Below are positions 19,597 through 29,008 of a stretch of DNA of 64,000 nt, one piece after another. The translations under genes and the position numbers were made by a program. Each line of letters opens with the position of its first letter. Within the stretch, counting starts at the first letter, position 1. Source of the stretch: Polyangiaceae bacterium (GTDB lineage Bacteria > Myxococcota_A > Polyangia > Polyangiales > Polyangiaceae); contig JBNKBE010000026.1 in the NCBI GenBank assembly GCA_050287085.1, forward strand, positions 18,394 through 82,393, read 5' to 3'. The notes below the pieces were generated by a model that made no database searches, had not been told where the DNA came from, and saw nothing but the letters and a program-made list of their open reading frames with translations.

Positions 19597-20384
19597 CGAA
19601 CAGCCAGAGCATGAACCTAAAACCACCCAAGGTCGCGCGAGCGGTTGCCCTCAGCGCGTTTGCCCTCGCCATTGGCTCGGGGTGCGCCGCTCGCAACTAC
19701 ACGCACTACTTGATCGAGCCGGCTCCGAAGAAGCCGAAGCCCTTGGAGGAGGAGCAGGGCACGCTGCAGCGGCCGTTCGGCTTCGGCTCGACCACGACGA
19801 TGAAGATCGCTTGGAACGACGGCGAGATGCTGACGGAGGTCGAGGTACCGATGTTGGCCAGCGGGCAGCGCATTGTCGTCGAGCACACGGGTCAAGCATC
19901 GGACGTCAAGACCATACCCGCCACGCGTCTCGTGCCGCCGGTGCCGACGGCGGCGGACAAGTCCCTGGAAGAGGCGTATCGAGCGCGTGGCTTGAAGGTG
20001 AAGGAGGACGCGACCGCCGTCAGCATTTCGGGGTCACACACGCTGATGGTGCAGGCGCTCAAAGAAGGCAACTACCAGCTCGCTCTCGAACGGTGTGAGA
20101 TGGTTCTGGCTCGCTACCCGTCACACCCGCAGTTCATGCGAGCCAAGGCGTCGATCTTGTTGCTCATGGGTGAACGTGACAAGGCGATCGAGCTATACGA
20201 AGCCGCCGAAGAGATCGAGAGCGATCCAGAGGTGCGCGCCACGCTTGAGCGGCTGCGGCAAGAGGAGGGTGCAAGTATCGGTGGAGCGGCCCCGGCGCCG
20301 TCGGCGCCTGCAGCACCCTCAGCGCCAGCGGCGCCAGCAGCGCCCCCCGCTCTCCCGGGCCGCGCAGCTGAGGAGGGGCGCTGA
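19593..20384 (+). CDS. TPR lipoprotein
   Basis: Lipobox IGSGC; TPRs GNYQLALERCEMVLARYPSH...AKASILLLMGERDKAIELYEAA; Pro/Ala tail. Confidence 0.8.
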   Translation: MTNSQSMNLKPPKVARAVALSAFALAIGSGCAARNYTHYLIEPAPKKPKPLEEEQGTLQRPFGFGSTTTMKIAWNDGEMLTEVEVPMLASGQRIVVEHTGQASDVKTIPATRLVPPVPTAADKSLEEAYRARGLKVKEDATAVSISGSHTLMVQALKEGNYQLALERCEMVLARYPSHPQFMRAKASILLLMGERDKAIELYEAAEEIESDPEVRATLERLRQEEGASIGGAAPAPSAPAAPSAPAAPAAPPALPGRAAEEGR

Positions 20385-21118
20385 TGCAACTGTTCGGCAT
20401 AGCGCTACTCGGCCTCGTCGTCTGGTTCTCCTTTCTCGAGCTTCCGCCGGGGCCGATCAAGGCGCTGGACTTGCACGCGCTCGTCATCGTGCTCGGCGGC
20501 TCGTTTGCGACCATGATCACCAGCTCGAGCGCCCGGGCGGCGCTGCAAACGGTGGTCTGCATTCGAGAGCTCATCCCTTTTGCAGGGAGCTTGCACGGCA
20601 CCAGCCAGCGACTGGAGCAGGAGCGCGAGCGCTTCTCCCAGCTGTGGCGGGAAGGCAAGCGCGCCCAGGCTGTCGAACTGGCTGAGGGCAGCGAGCTCGT
20701 GCCCATTCGCAAGATGCTCGAGCTCGTGTTGGCGCGTGCGCCCAGGGAGATGACGGAGACTGAGTTTCTCAAGTTGCGTCACCAGGAGGTCAGCCGATGG
20801 CAGCCCGCCACGTCCAATTGGGAGGGCCTGGCCAAGCTCGGCCCCTCTTTCGGCTTGCTCGGTACGGTCAGCGGCATCGTGCAGCTCTTCGGACAGATGG
20901 GCAACGATGACTTCGAGATCGGCACTTCGATGTCGCTTGCCCTGCTCTCGACCCTGTACGGCATTGTCCTCGGGACCGGTATCGCGGGTCCCGTCGGTCA
21001 GTACTTGAGAAATCTACTCGATGAACGCCTCGGGGCGCTCAGCCGTTGCCGGCAGAGCGTCGTGGAACTGGCAGAAACTCGAGGCCACGAGCCAGGTGGG
21101 CTGGAGCTGAGAGGCTAG
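20384..21118 (+). CDS. motA: MotA/PomA-like stator subunit
   Basis: LDLHALVIVLGGSFA (TM2), cytoplasmic WREG, GPSFGLLGTVSGIV (TM3), IGTSMSLALLSTLYGIV...GP (TM4). Confidence 0.88.
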   Translation: MQLFGIALLGLVVWFSFLELPPGPIKALDLHALVIVLGGSFATMITSSSARAALQTVVCIRELIPFAGSLHGTSQRLEQERERFSQLWREGKRAQAVELAEGSELVPIRKMLELVLARAPREMTETEFLKLRHQEVSRWQPATSNWEGLAKLGPSFGLLGTVSGIVQLFGQMGNDDFEIGTSMSLALLSTLYGIVLGTGIAGPVGQYLRNLLDERLGALSRCRQSVVELAETRGHEPGGLELRG

Positions 21119-21120
21119 TT

Positions 21121-21747
21121 GTGGAATACCGGCGCCCCCCCGAAGACGAGCCGTGGCTACTGTCGTTTGCGGACCTGATGACGAACTTGCTGATCTTCTT
21201 CGTGATGTTGCTATCGGTTTCCGAGGTGAGCCAAACGCGCATGCAACAACTGACCCAGAGCCTCTCCGGAAAGACCAGCGAGACCAGTTTGGAAGCTATC
21301 CAAAAGGAGGTGGAGCAGGGCATCCGCGAGCGCAAGCTGGAAGAGCTGGTGTCGACTGAACTCAGTGATCGGGGCCTGGAACTGCGCCTGAACTCGGGCG
21401 TCGTTTTCGACTCCGGGCAAGCCGTCATTCGAGAGGAGTGGGTGACTACGATGGATTCGATGCTGCAGGCCCTGGTCCCCTATGCCGGTCGCTACCGCTT
21501 TGCGGTAGAGGGGCACACGGATACTCGTCCCATAGCGCCAGGTGGGCGATACGCCTCCAACTGGGAGCTCTCCTCTGCGCGTGCTCACGCCGTGCGTCAG
21601 CGCCTGGCAGCGCTCGGGATCGCGCCCGGTCGCACGAAGGTCGAAGGCTACGCGGATACGGTTTCGCTGCCGGCGGCTGAACTCGAGGGGCTTTCTGAAG
21701 CCGAGCGACTCGCGCGTCACCGACGTGTCGTCGTGAGGGTGTACTGA
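21121..21747 (+). CDS. motB: MotB-like stator subunit (TM Asp, plug, OmpA-like PG-binding domain)
   Basis: WLLSFADLMTNLLIFFVML; FDSGQA; VEGHTD..PI; SNWELSSARA; GYADT; RRVVV. Confidence 0.92.
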   Translation: MEYRRPPEDEPWLLSFADLMTNLLIFFVMLLSVSEVSQTRMQQLTQSLSGKTSETSLEAIQKEVEQGIRERKLEELVSTELSDRGLELRLNSGVVFDSGQAVIREEWVTTMDSMLQALVPYAGRYRFAVEGHTDTRPIAPGGRYASNWELSSARAHAVRQRLAALGIAPGRTKVEGYADTVSLPAAELEGLSEAERLARHRRVVVRVY

Positions 21748-23582
21748 TGAAGACGTTTGGAACTCTGCTGCTCGCGTGCGGCGCGCTGCTTTGTGCCGGA
21801 GCCGCCGCTGCCCAGTCACGATCCACCGCCGAACGACCCGTACCACAAGCGGTGCTGGCGCAGGTCCGGCAGGTAGAAAACGACTTTCGCCGCGCGCTGG
21901 CGCAAGATTGCGCTCCCGAGCGGTGCTTCGCCAAAGTGTGCGTGCATGTTGCACACACCGTTGTCAACGCCCAGGAGTCGCACTCCTTGCCCGGGCTCAA
22001 CCTGGAGCCGCCCCCCGGGCTGGGTGATACGCCAGGGCAAGTGCACCTGACGAGCGTCGAGTGCAGCTTTGCGCACGACCCCTCGGTGCGCGCCAAAGAC
22101 GCCGCCGCGCTGGCCATGCGCTTGAAAGCCAAGCTCTCCCGCGCTTGGACGGACGTGGACGTCGTCTATGAAGAGCTGCCAGCGGTGCGCGCGGAGCTCA
22201 GCAAGTCGCCCTTGCCGGACCCCCAAGTGCCGTATCCGTACTCGCCGGCGCCTGCGCCGCCCGAGCCGGAGCTGAAGCCGGAGCCAGCGGCGGAGCCTCC
22301 GGCGCCCGAGCCGCCGCCATTGCCGGCATGGGACAACGCTCAGCCCAGTCGGGAGCTGTGGCTCAGTCTGCTCCCGCACTTCTCGTGGATGTTGGGGTTG
22401 GTACTTCTCACGTTTGCAGCATTGATCCTCATCTGGGCGGCCAGGCGCCTCGGACGCATGTCACCCGAAGAACAATTGCTCCTGTCGCAATTGGCTCAGG
22501 AAGGCGCTGGCACGTCGCCCTCTTCGGACGCGGCGGCGGCTGCCGAGGTGACCGAAAGCGAGCCGATGAAGCGCTGGCGTGCGCGCATGGAGGCGAGCGG
22601 CCAGAGCGGCAAAGCGGATCCGGCGCTGCAAGCATTGGTCAAAGATCTGCTGCGCCATCGCGAGTACGCCATGCTCGCCAAAGCGGCGTTGTTGTTCCCG
22701 GAGCAGCTCCCGAAGGCTTTCCCCGCTGACGGTGAGCTGGCCAACGCCCGGTTGGCGCTCGCCGAGTACCTAAAGGAGGCGGACACCGACCGCCTGCCCT
22801 CGGACGAGGCGTTTTTTGCCAAACTGGACCGCCACGCGGTGTCCGCGCAGCTGACGGCGGACGCCGATGCGGACCTGCTCCGCGGCTTGCACGACGACTT
22901 CGGAGCGCGGGCGCTGGTTCAGGCTCTCGACGTGGTGCCGGCCCGTCACGGGGCGCTACTGTTCGCCCATGCCGCAGTAGAGATGCAGCACGAGGCGGCT
23001 GAGCTGATGAAGCCCGAGCGAGTCGCGAGCGTGGTCGACTCGCTCATGCGCTCCAATCGTGTCGATCCAGCCGAGACCGCTTATCTGTTGCGACTATTGG
23101 GTGCGCTCCGCACCGGGTCGGAGCTGCCCGCGGCGCCTGCCGTCGATGCCGTGTCCGACCGCGGTGAAGTGTTCAACGCGACGGCTGCGCTCTCCATACT
23201 GCTACCGCGACTCGCTCCCGAGCGGCGAAACCAACTGGTCGAAGCCGTGCGAACGCAACACAACGGCAAGCTCCCGAGTTGGCTGCGCGGCATCCTCTAC
23301 GGGAAGATGCTGCTGGAATTGAGTCCCAGCCAGCGCACGGACATCTTGCTCGAGGTGGAGGCTACCCAGCTGGCGTCCTGGCTGCAGGTGCAGGCCCAAG
23401 ACAGCCGGGCCGCGTTGCTTTCCGAGGCGCCCGCCTCGCTTCAGGCCGCGCTGTCGGGCGCACGCGTGCCGAGCGCACTTCGCGAGCGCTACGCGCTCGC
23501 CGAAGCCGGCCGCGCGGCGCTGTCGGCCAGCTTGTTGCGTCGCATCGGACCCGATTTCGCTTTCCACACCCTGCTCGGCTGA
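21747..23582 (+). CDS. Membrane-anchored protein with periplasmic domain and FliG middle/C-terminal-like cytoplasmic region
   Basis: Signal, Cys-containing periplasmic domain, Pro-rich linker and one TM (FSWMLGLVLLTFAALILIWAA). PARHGALLFAH...LMKPERVASVVDSL...VDP resembles FliG-M. LLELSPSQRTDILLEVEATQLASWL...RAALLSEAP resembles FliG-C. Pattern match by eye only. Confidence 0.6.
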   Translation: MKTFGTLLLACGALLCAGAAAAQSRSTAERPVPQAVLAQVRQVENDFRRALAQDCAPERCFAKVCVHVAHTVVNAQESHSLPGLNLEPPPGLGDTPGQVHLTSVECSFAHDPSVRAKDAAALAMRLKAKLSRAWTDVDVVYEELPAVRAELSKSPLPDPQVPYPYSPAPAPPEPELKPEPAAEPPAPEPPPLPAWDNAQPSRELWLSLLPHFSWMLGLVLLTFAALILIWAARRLGRMSPEEQLLLSQLAQEGAGTSPSSDAAAAAEVTESEPMKRWRARMEASGQSGKADPALQALVKDLLRHREYAMLAKAALLFPEQLPKAFPADGELANARLALAEYLKEADTDRLPSDEAFFAKLDRHAVSAQLTADADADLLRGLHDDFGARALVQALDVVPARHGALLFAHAAVEMQHEAAELMKPERVASVVDSLMRSNRVDPAETAYLLRLLGALRTGSELPAAPAVDAVSDRGEVFNATAALSILLPRLAPERRNQLVEAVRTQHNGKLPSWLRGILYGKMLLELSPSQRTDILLEVEATQLASWLQVQAQDSRAALLSEAPASLQAALSGARVPSALRERYALAEAGRAALSASLLRRIGPDFAFHTLLG

Positions 23583-23588
23583 TCTCTC

Positions 23589-25802
23589 GTGGCCTCTCGT
23601 GCGCTTTTCACACCCTGGTCGAAGTGGTTGCTGGCTCTTGCAACGCTCGCGGCTACGGCGTGCAAGGTGCCCATCAGTCAACTGAATGCCGAGTTCTCGT
23701 TGGCTGACGCCTCGTGGTTCGAGGAGGAAGAGACGCTGTTTGTGTTCTACCAGGTGCAAGCAGAGCATGAGCTTGGCGCAGAGAGCGTAGTCGAGCTCCG
23801 CTACACGACGGACGACGGGGTCACCCGCTGGCAGGAGCTGTCCAGTCTACCCCAGGTGCACCGTCACCTCGCGGTAGACTGCGGCGCTCGCACATTGTGT
23901 GGCAGCGGGAGCCTTCACGTGCCGCTCGAGCCCCGAGAAGTCCACCTGCGGCTGCGTTATCATCGGGACGGTGAGCTCGCGCTGCTACCCACCACCGCGT
24001 TCAACGTGGTGGGGCCCGGCGCGCCGCATACGAGTCGCAGCGTCTTGATCTACGGCGTTTTCGACAAACACAACCGCGCGCTGCAGTGGTGCGCGCGCCA
24101 CGTCTTTCCCACCGTCCGCAATGAGCAGGCGGAGCGCCTAGGCCTCCGCCGCTGGTTCAAGGTCGAAGCACAGTGGGGTGACGACACGGTCGAGCCACGC
24201 GCCCAGGCGTCGTCGGTAGCGGATATCCCTGGGGCTCTCGGCCTCGGAGGGGACAGCGAGGCGCTCGACCCTGGGGCGAGCGGCGGGCCCGGCTCTCTCT
24301 TTCCGCTGGGGGGTACACCCGCGACGGCAAAGGACGACAATCCCTATCGTTATGGTGTGGACTGCGTCGCGCCGGAGACGACGCTGGAGCTAGTGCCCCC
24401 GGAAAGCGACGAACGAGCTGTCTTCAACGAGGAAGATCTTCCGAGCGCGGCGTCGGCGGCTACGCGCATCTGTGCCGAGGCCGTGGTGCAGACTGCCATC
24501 GGTCCTTTTAAGACCATTGCGGTGGCCCGAAAGAACCCGGAAGTGCGTCCGGCCTTTCCGGTCCTCCGCAGCCCCATCCAGGAAGCTACGCAGATCAAGT
24601 ATCTGCTGTCCGTGTGCGAGCGCACCATCTCGGCGAAGCACCTGGCCATGCAGCGGCAGCGCCTCCAGTTGGAAGACGTCGTCCCAATTTGCATCGACGA
24701 TTGGAACGAGACGTTGTCCGACGCACTTGTCGAGAGACTGGCCAGCGACCTAGAGCGCGTCCGCGCGGAGGGCCACGACATGGTGCTCAGTATCGCATTG
24801 CATCATGACACACCCGGGTTGCGCGCGGAAGTGGAGGAAGCGCTTGCGCTGGTACTCGCGCCGGAGCGTCAACGTACGACGCCCCGGCTGGCGGGCGCCT
24901 TCGTGTTCGATAGTGTGCCCTTTGCGGTAGATGATGCGACGGTGGGGCAGACTACGCTCTGGTGTCCGGCAAGCATCGTGCCGTCCACGGGTTCGGGGGG
25001 GGCGGGGGCGATGGACGGTGCGGCAGGCGGGGGCGGGACGGGGGGCGCGGGAAGCGAAGAGACATCTCCGCTTCAGGGCAACACCTCCATCGCTAGCCTG
25101 GCCTGCGTTGTCGTGCCGGATACGAGCCTGAGCTTGGGCCCTTTCTCCATCGCCGGTTTACCCATCTTGCCGTCGCGAACACAGTACCTGAAGTTCCTGG
25201 AGACCTACTCCGACGACGAAGCGGGTCACGTCGAGTCGCTCGCTTTTCTGACGCCCGAGCTACCGCCCACGTCTGACGCGGTACCCATACCGCCCATCGG
25301 CATGGCGTCATTTCTCAATGATGAGTCGATCGAAGCAATCGCAACCGATGCTTTCTCCTTCTGCGGCTCTGCCGGCGAGTATCAGGGTTTCGTCTTCCGC
25401 TCGGCCACCAGTCCTCAGCCCGTGCCGCTCGCCGCGTTGCCCGCGTGGCACAACGCGCTCAGCGAGACGAGTTACGATCTGGGCTTGGTCTGGGAGTTCC
25501 CATTCTTGTTGCGCCTCGAGTACGAAACGGCGATTGCAGCGGCGGTGAGCGCGTTTTCGGTGAGTGTGCCGTTTGGTTATCCCATCGATTCAGCCCAAGA
25601 GTTTGGCAGCAGCTTGTGGCTGTCCAACACGTTTCCGCTCGCAGAGAGCCTGACTCAGTGTCGGCGCTTCTGCGACCACCCCGCGTTCGACTCAGCGGGG
25701 GTCTACCAGGTCGGCGCGGGCTTCCGCACGCTCTACGCCAACAACTGCTACAAGCCTCGCTATCCGGAGCGAGGGGACTCGGGGTTTCCCAGTGATCCTT
25801 GA
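23589..25802 (+). CDS. Large Cys-containing lipoprotein of unknown function
   Basis: Lipobox LAATAC; 737-aa ORF with Gly-rich linkers; co-oriented within the operon. Confidence 0.75.
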   Translation: MASRALFTPWSKWLLALATLAATACKVPISQLNAEFSLADASWFEEEETLFVFYQVQAEHELGAESVVELRYTTDDGVTRWQELSSLPQVHRHLAVDCGARTLCGSGSLHVPLEPREVHLRLRYHRDGELALLPTTAFNVVGPGAPHTSRSVLIYGVFDKHNRALQWCARHVFPTVRNEQAERLGLRRWFKVEAQWGDDTVEPRAQASSVADIPGALGLGGDSEALDPGASGGPGSLFPLGGTPATAKDDNPYRYGVDCVAPETTLELVPPESDERAVFNEEDLPSAASAATRICAEAVVQTAIGPFKTIAVARKNPEVRPAFPVLRSPIQEATQIKYLLSVCERTISAKHLAMQRQRLQLEDVVPICIDDWNETLSDALVERLASDLERVRAEGHDMVLSIALHHDTPGLRAEVEEALALVLAPERQRTTPRLAGAFVFDSVPFAVDDATVGQTTLWCPASIVPSTGSGGAGAMDGAAGGGGTGGAGSEETSPLQGNTSIASLACVVVPDTSLSLGPFSIAGLPILPSRTQYLKFLETYSDDEAGHVESLAFLTPELPPTSDAVPIPPIGMASFLNDESIEAIATDAFSFCGSAGEYQGFVFRSATSPQPVPLAALPAWHNALSETSYDLGLVWEFPFLLRLEYETAIAAAVSAFSVSVPFGYPIDSAQEFGSSLWLSNTFPLAESLTQCRRFCDHPAFDSAGVYQVGAGFRTLYANNCYKPRYPERGDSGFPSDP

Positions 25803-26937
25803 GCGCGGGACTTCTGAGCGCGGGACTTCTGAGCGCGGGATGCTGGCGCTCCGGGGCTTGGCAGGCGGGAGCCCCCGGCGCAGCGGGCTCTGGGTGCTTC
25901 TGCTCGCCACTTTGGGAGCCGCTACGCCCGCATGGGCCGCGCTGAGCGAGCCTGCCGCGGGGGCACAACCGCTAGCCGCTGCCGAGCCCGAAGCCGCTAT
26001 CGATACCGAAACGTCCGAGTCGGCTGGGGTGAACGTCGCTTCAGAGGCGTCCGGGCGCACCGGGGCGGCTGAAGGCGGAGCCAGCGCAGCGGAACCGGGC
26101 GCAGCGGAGCCAGGCGCAGCGGAGCCAGGCGCAGCGGAACCAGGCGCAGCGGAACCGGGCGCAGCACCCGAAACAACGCAGCCGCCGCCTCCGCTTGCGG
26201 CCGAAGGCCCCGAGCTGGAACACGAACCCGATGCGCGCGTGGACGCATACCGCACTCCGTTCGATGCCCTGATGCAGCGGTCAATCGGGAGCACGTCGCG
26301 GCGCGTGCTCTACGATTGGCGGCGCGCGAACTTGCAGCTGCGGGCCGTCTTCGCCATCCCTGCAGAGCTCAACAACTTCGAAAGCCGGCGCGCAGGTTTG
26401 GGGATCCGCGTGCCCACCGACGGCGTGTTGCTGGCGTTCGACGTTTCTTACGTGGCGGTCAGCGGCAGCGTCAGCAGCCGACAGCTGGCTCTGACGCCCT
26501 ACCGTCAACCGGGACGACCAACTCGTCTCCAAGTGGACGCGAGCTTGCTCTACCCTCTAGCCGAAGGGATCATGACGGCCGCCCGCGACTTCGTGCCCGA
26601 CTCGGAGCTCGTCTTCAGCGCTGCCGGACGGCTCAGCTACCACTTCTATCCGTCGGCGTATCGCGACATGACGTGGACGCAGGCGCTGGCATCAACGGTT
26701 GCTCCCAGCCTTTCCGACAAGGCGCTTAGAAACTTGGCGCGCGCGGGGCTGCCCGGCATGGAAGTCGACAGGGCGCGCTACTCGCTCATGCTGGGGGTTG
26801 TGACGGACGTGTACTTCCGTCGGGGTGCGTTCTTTGGGGTGGAGAGCTTGGTGGGGTTGCCGCTGCTCGGCTTTGTGACGAACACGAAGATGGACTACGG
26901 GTTCGAACTCGGCATTTCGCTGGGGTTGTCCCTCTGA
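25792..26937 (+). CDS. Probable outer-membrane beta-barrel protein with AEPGA repeat linker (start may be ATG 25840)
   Basis: Signal ending PAWA; 15-bp repeat at ~26084-26166; alternating strands ending YGFELGISLGLSL. Confidence 0.65.
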   Translation: MILERGTSERGTSERGMLALRGLAGGSPRRSGLWVLLLATLGAATPAWAALSEPAAGAQPLAAAEPEAAIDTETSESAGVNVASEASGRTGAAEGGASAAEPGAAEPGAAEPGAAEPGAAEPGAAPETTQPPPPLAAEGPELEHEPDARVDAYRTPFDALMQRSIGSTSRRVLYDWRRANLQLRAVFAIPAELNNFESRRAGLGIRVPTDGVLLAFDVSYVAVSGSVSSRQLALTPYRQPGRPTRLQVDASLLYPLAEGIMTAARDFVPDSELVFSAAGRLSYHFYPSAYRDMTWTQALASTVAPSLSDKALRNLARAGLPGMEVDRARYSLMLGVVTDVYFRRGAFFGVESLVGLPLLGFVTNTKMDYGFELGISLGLSL

Positions 26938-28991
26938 TGACCCCGCTCGCGGGAGCCTCGTACCCGGGCGACGAGGGCGCGAAGCGCAGCTGGGCGAAGC
27001 GCGCAGCTGGGACACGCGCAGCTGGGACACGCGCTGCCGGGACACGCGCTGCTGGGACACTTCTCGTGTTGGGGCTGCTGTCATGCGCCCACGCGCCGGG
27101 TGTTGGCACTGCGCCGGATGTGGACACTGCCCCCAGCCCGCAAGCACTGACCTACTACAACGCGCGCCTAGCGCTGCGCGAAGAGCGTCCCTCGGAGGCA
27201 CTGCGGTTTTGGTTGCTGCGCAACGCCATCGAAAGCGAAACGCGCAGGGTGAGTGCCCACGATGCGGATTTCCGGTCCGCCGTGTGGGTGGCGCTGGGTG
27301 ATTCGGCGTTATGTCCGGACGGATTCCCCCGCGACTCGGCGGCGGAGGGGGGCGCCGGGCTCTGGCCGCTGGCGGTCCACAACTGGGTGGTGCACACGCG
27401 ACTTCGTCCCGCGCCGGCAAGTGATAGGGCCCCCTTCGATGCCTTTGCGCACGGCTACCAGCGGCGCGACGTGCAGCTAGAAGACGTGCTTTCGGCGAAG
27501 GAGCTCGAAGCGCTTCGTTTCTCCCGCGGAGACTGCTGGCAACACCTTCTCATCCAGCAAGCGGCCGGCGTCTGGAGCACCAGTTTGCGCGAGCCAGATG
27601 CGGCTGCACACGTCCTCCGTCAGTTGCTGCGCAGTGCCCTGGCAACGGTGCCGAAGGACCGCGTGGTGGGCCGGGCGGTCGTGGCCGCCCGGATCTTCGA
27701 CTTGAACCTCAAGCTCGCGCAGCTGGCCGCTCGCAAGCAGCGCAAGCAACAGCGCGAGGCGCGTCTTCGTGCCGGCGTCGTGGCAACGAGCACCCACGAC
27801 GTGCAAGCCGTCCCCCTTGCTTCTGAAGAAGGCGCCATCCTGATGCAGAGCTTGAAGTGGTCGGCCGAAGAGTGGATGACGCTCTCGACCGAGCGACGAC
27901 TGTTTCTCTTCGCCCACGCCGTCCGCGCGGCGCCCCACGCAAATACCGAGCGTCTGAGGCTGGCCATCATGGACGCTTTGATCAAACGTCGCCGAGGAGC
28001 GGAGCTGGAAGGCTGGCTGGCGTGGTGGGTGTCCGGCCCCGCCGAGCAGTCTGCGTCCTCCGGCGAGAGACTCGAAGCGCTGGAACGCGCCGTGTGGTCC
28101 GGTGAACGCGGTGCCCAGCTGCTCGCCCTCGACCTGGAAAGCGGGTTCCGGGAGCGCGCCGTGATCGCCTTGCACCGCGGTATCGACGCGCTGACTCGCG
28201 GTGACCAGGCGGAGGCACTGCGTCTCTTGGCACATGCTCTGCGCTGGGCTGACGACTCGCGAGACGGAAACACGGTGAGGAACTTGGCTCGGCGCTGGTT
28301 GTCCTTCGTTGCGGCCCAGTTCCAGGTCACGGACGAGTTGTTGCTGATGCTGCGCAACGTTGCTCCACGGTCGGAGCTCTCGGCCATCTTGGAAGATCAA
28401 GTGTGGCATGCCGCGTTCGCGGGCGACGCGGCATCTTTCGAGCGGTGTGCGCTTCATCTCGGTACGCGTGGTGCGCTGGCGCAGCGCGTGCAGCTTCTTC
28501 GGCCCCTAGCGCAAGACGACGCCGTCGCTTTCGTCACCACGCTGCGGACGGCAGACGAGAAGTCGCCCCAGCTTACGACGGCGCTCTCGAAACAACTGCT
28601 CGACCGGCTGCAGGCCGAGCCCGAACCAGTGCGCGTGCGCGAGCTCCCGCTGCTTCGTGAACTCGAGTCCTTGCTCGGGGAAAGCCTGGAGCGAGCTCAG
28701 GGCCGCGGGCGTAGCCAGCGCAAGAGGGAAGCAGTCCTGCTACAGATCCGCGCCCTCATCGAGGGCACGGCAGGGGTGGCAGACGACGAAGCCTCGCGCG
28801 CCCGCGCGTTGTCACCGGAGCGAGAGGTCTTCGTGGGCAGTCTGCGGCTTGCGCCGAGCGATCCGGTACCCTGGCCGTTCGTCGAACCCGAGCTCGAGGC
28901 TCCACCGGTATTTACTCCACTCCGGCTGCGGCCCGAGGAGTGGGCGGCTGCGAGCGGTGAGCTCGTCTTTGGCTGGAGGGTGAGCGACTGA
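26937..28991 (+). CDS. Alpha-helical/TPR-like lipoprotein
   Basis: Lipobox LLSC; helical repeats (YYNARLAL...EALRFWL; LHRGIDALTRGDQAEALRLLAHAL); TGATG coupling. Confidence 0.7.
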   Translation: MTPLAGASYPGDEGAKRSWAKRAAGTRAAGTRAAGTRAAGTLLVLGLLSCAHAPGVGTAPDVDTAPSPQALTYYNARLALREERPSEALRFWLLRNAIESETRRVSAHDADFRSAVWVALGDSALCPDGFPRDSAAEGGAGLWPLAVHNWVVHTRLRPAPASDRAPFDAFAHGYQRRDVQLEDVLSAKELEALRFSRGDCWQHLLIQQAAGVWSTSLREPDAAAHVLRQLLRSALATVPKDRVVGRAVVAARIFDLNLKLAQLAARKQRKQQREARLRAGVVATSTHDVQAVPLASEEGAILMQSLKWSAEEWMTLSTERRLFLFAHAVRAAPHANTERLRLAIMDALIKRRRGAELEGWLAWWVSGPAEQSASSGERLEALERAVWSGERGAQLLALDLESGFRERAVIALHRGIDALTRGDQAEALRLLAHALRWADDSRDGNTVRNLARRWLSFVAAQFQVTDELLLMLRNVAPRSELSAILEDQVWHAAFAGDAASFERCALHLGTRGALAQRVQLLRPLAQDDAVAFVTTLRTADEKSPQLTTALSKQLLDRLQAEPEPVRVRELPLLRELESLLGESLERAQGRGRSQRKREAVLLQIRALIEGTAGVADDEASRARALSPEREVFVGSLRLAPSDPVPWPFVEPELEAPPVFTPLRLRPEEWAAASGELVFGWRVSD

Positions 28992-29008
28992 AGCGCCCCA
29001 ATTCCCCC

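Noticed and set aside
20384..21747. Zorya anti-phage system (ZorAB)
   Set aside because: MotA is only 244 aa with no long cytoplasmic tail, and there is no ZorC/D/E helicase or nuclease nearby. The motifs are flagellar-stator-like.
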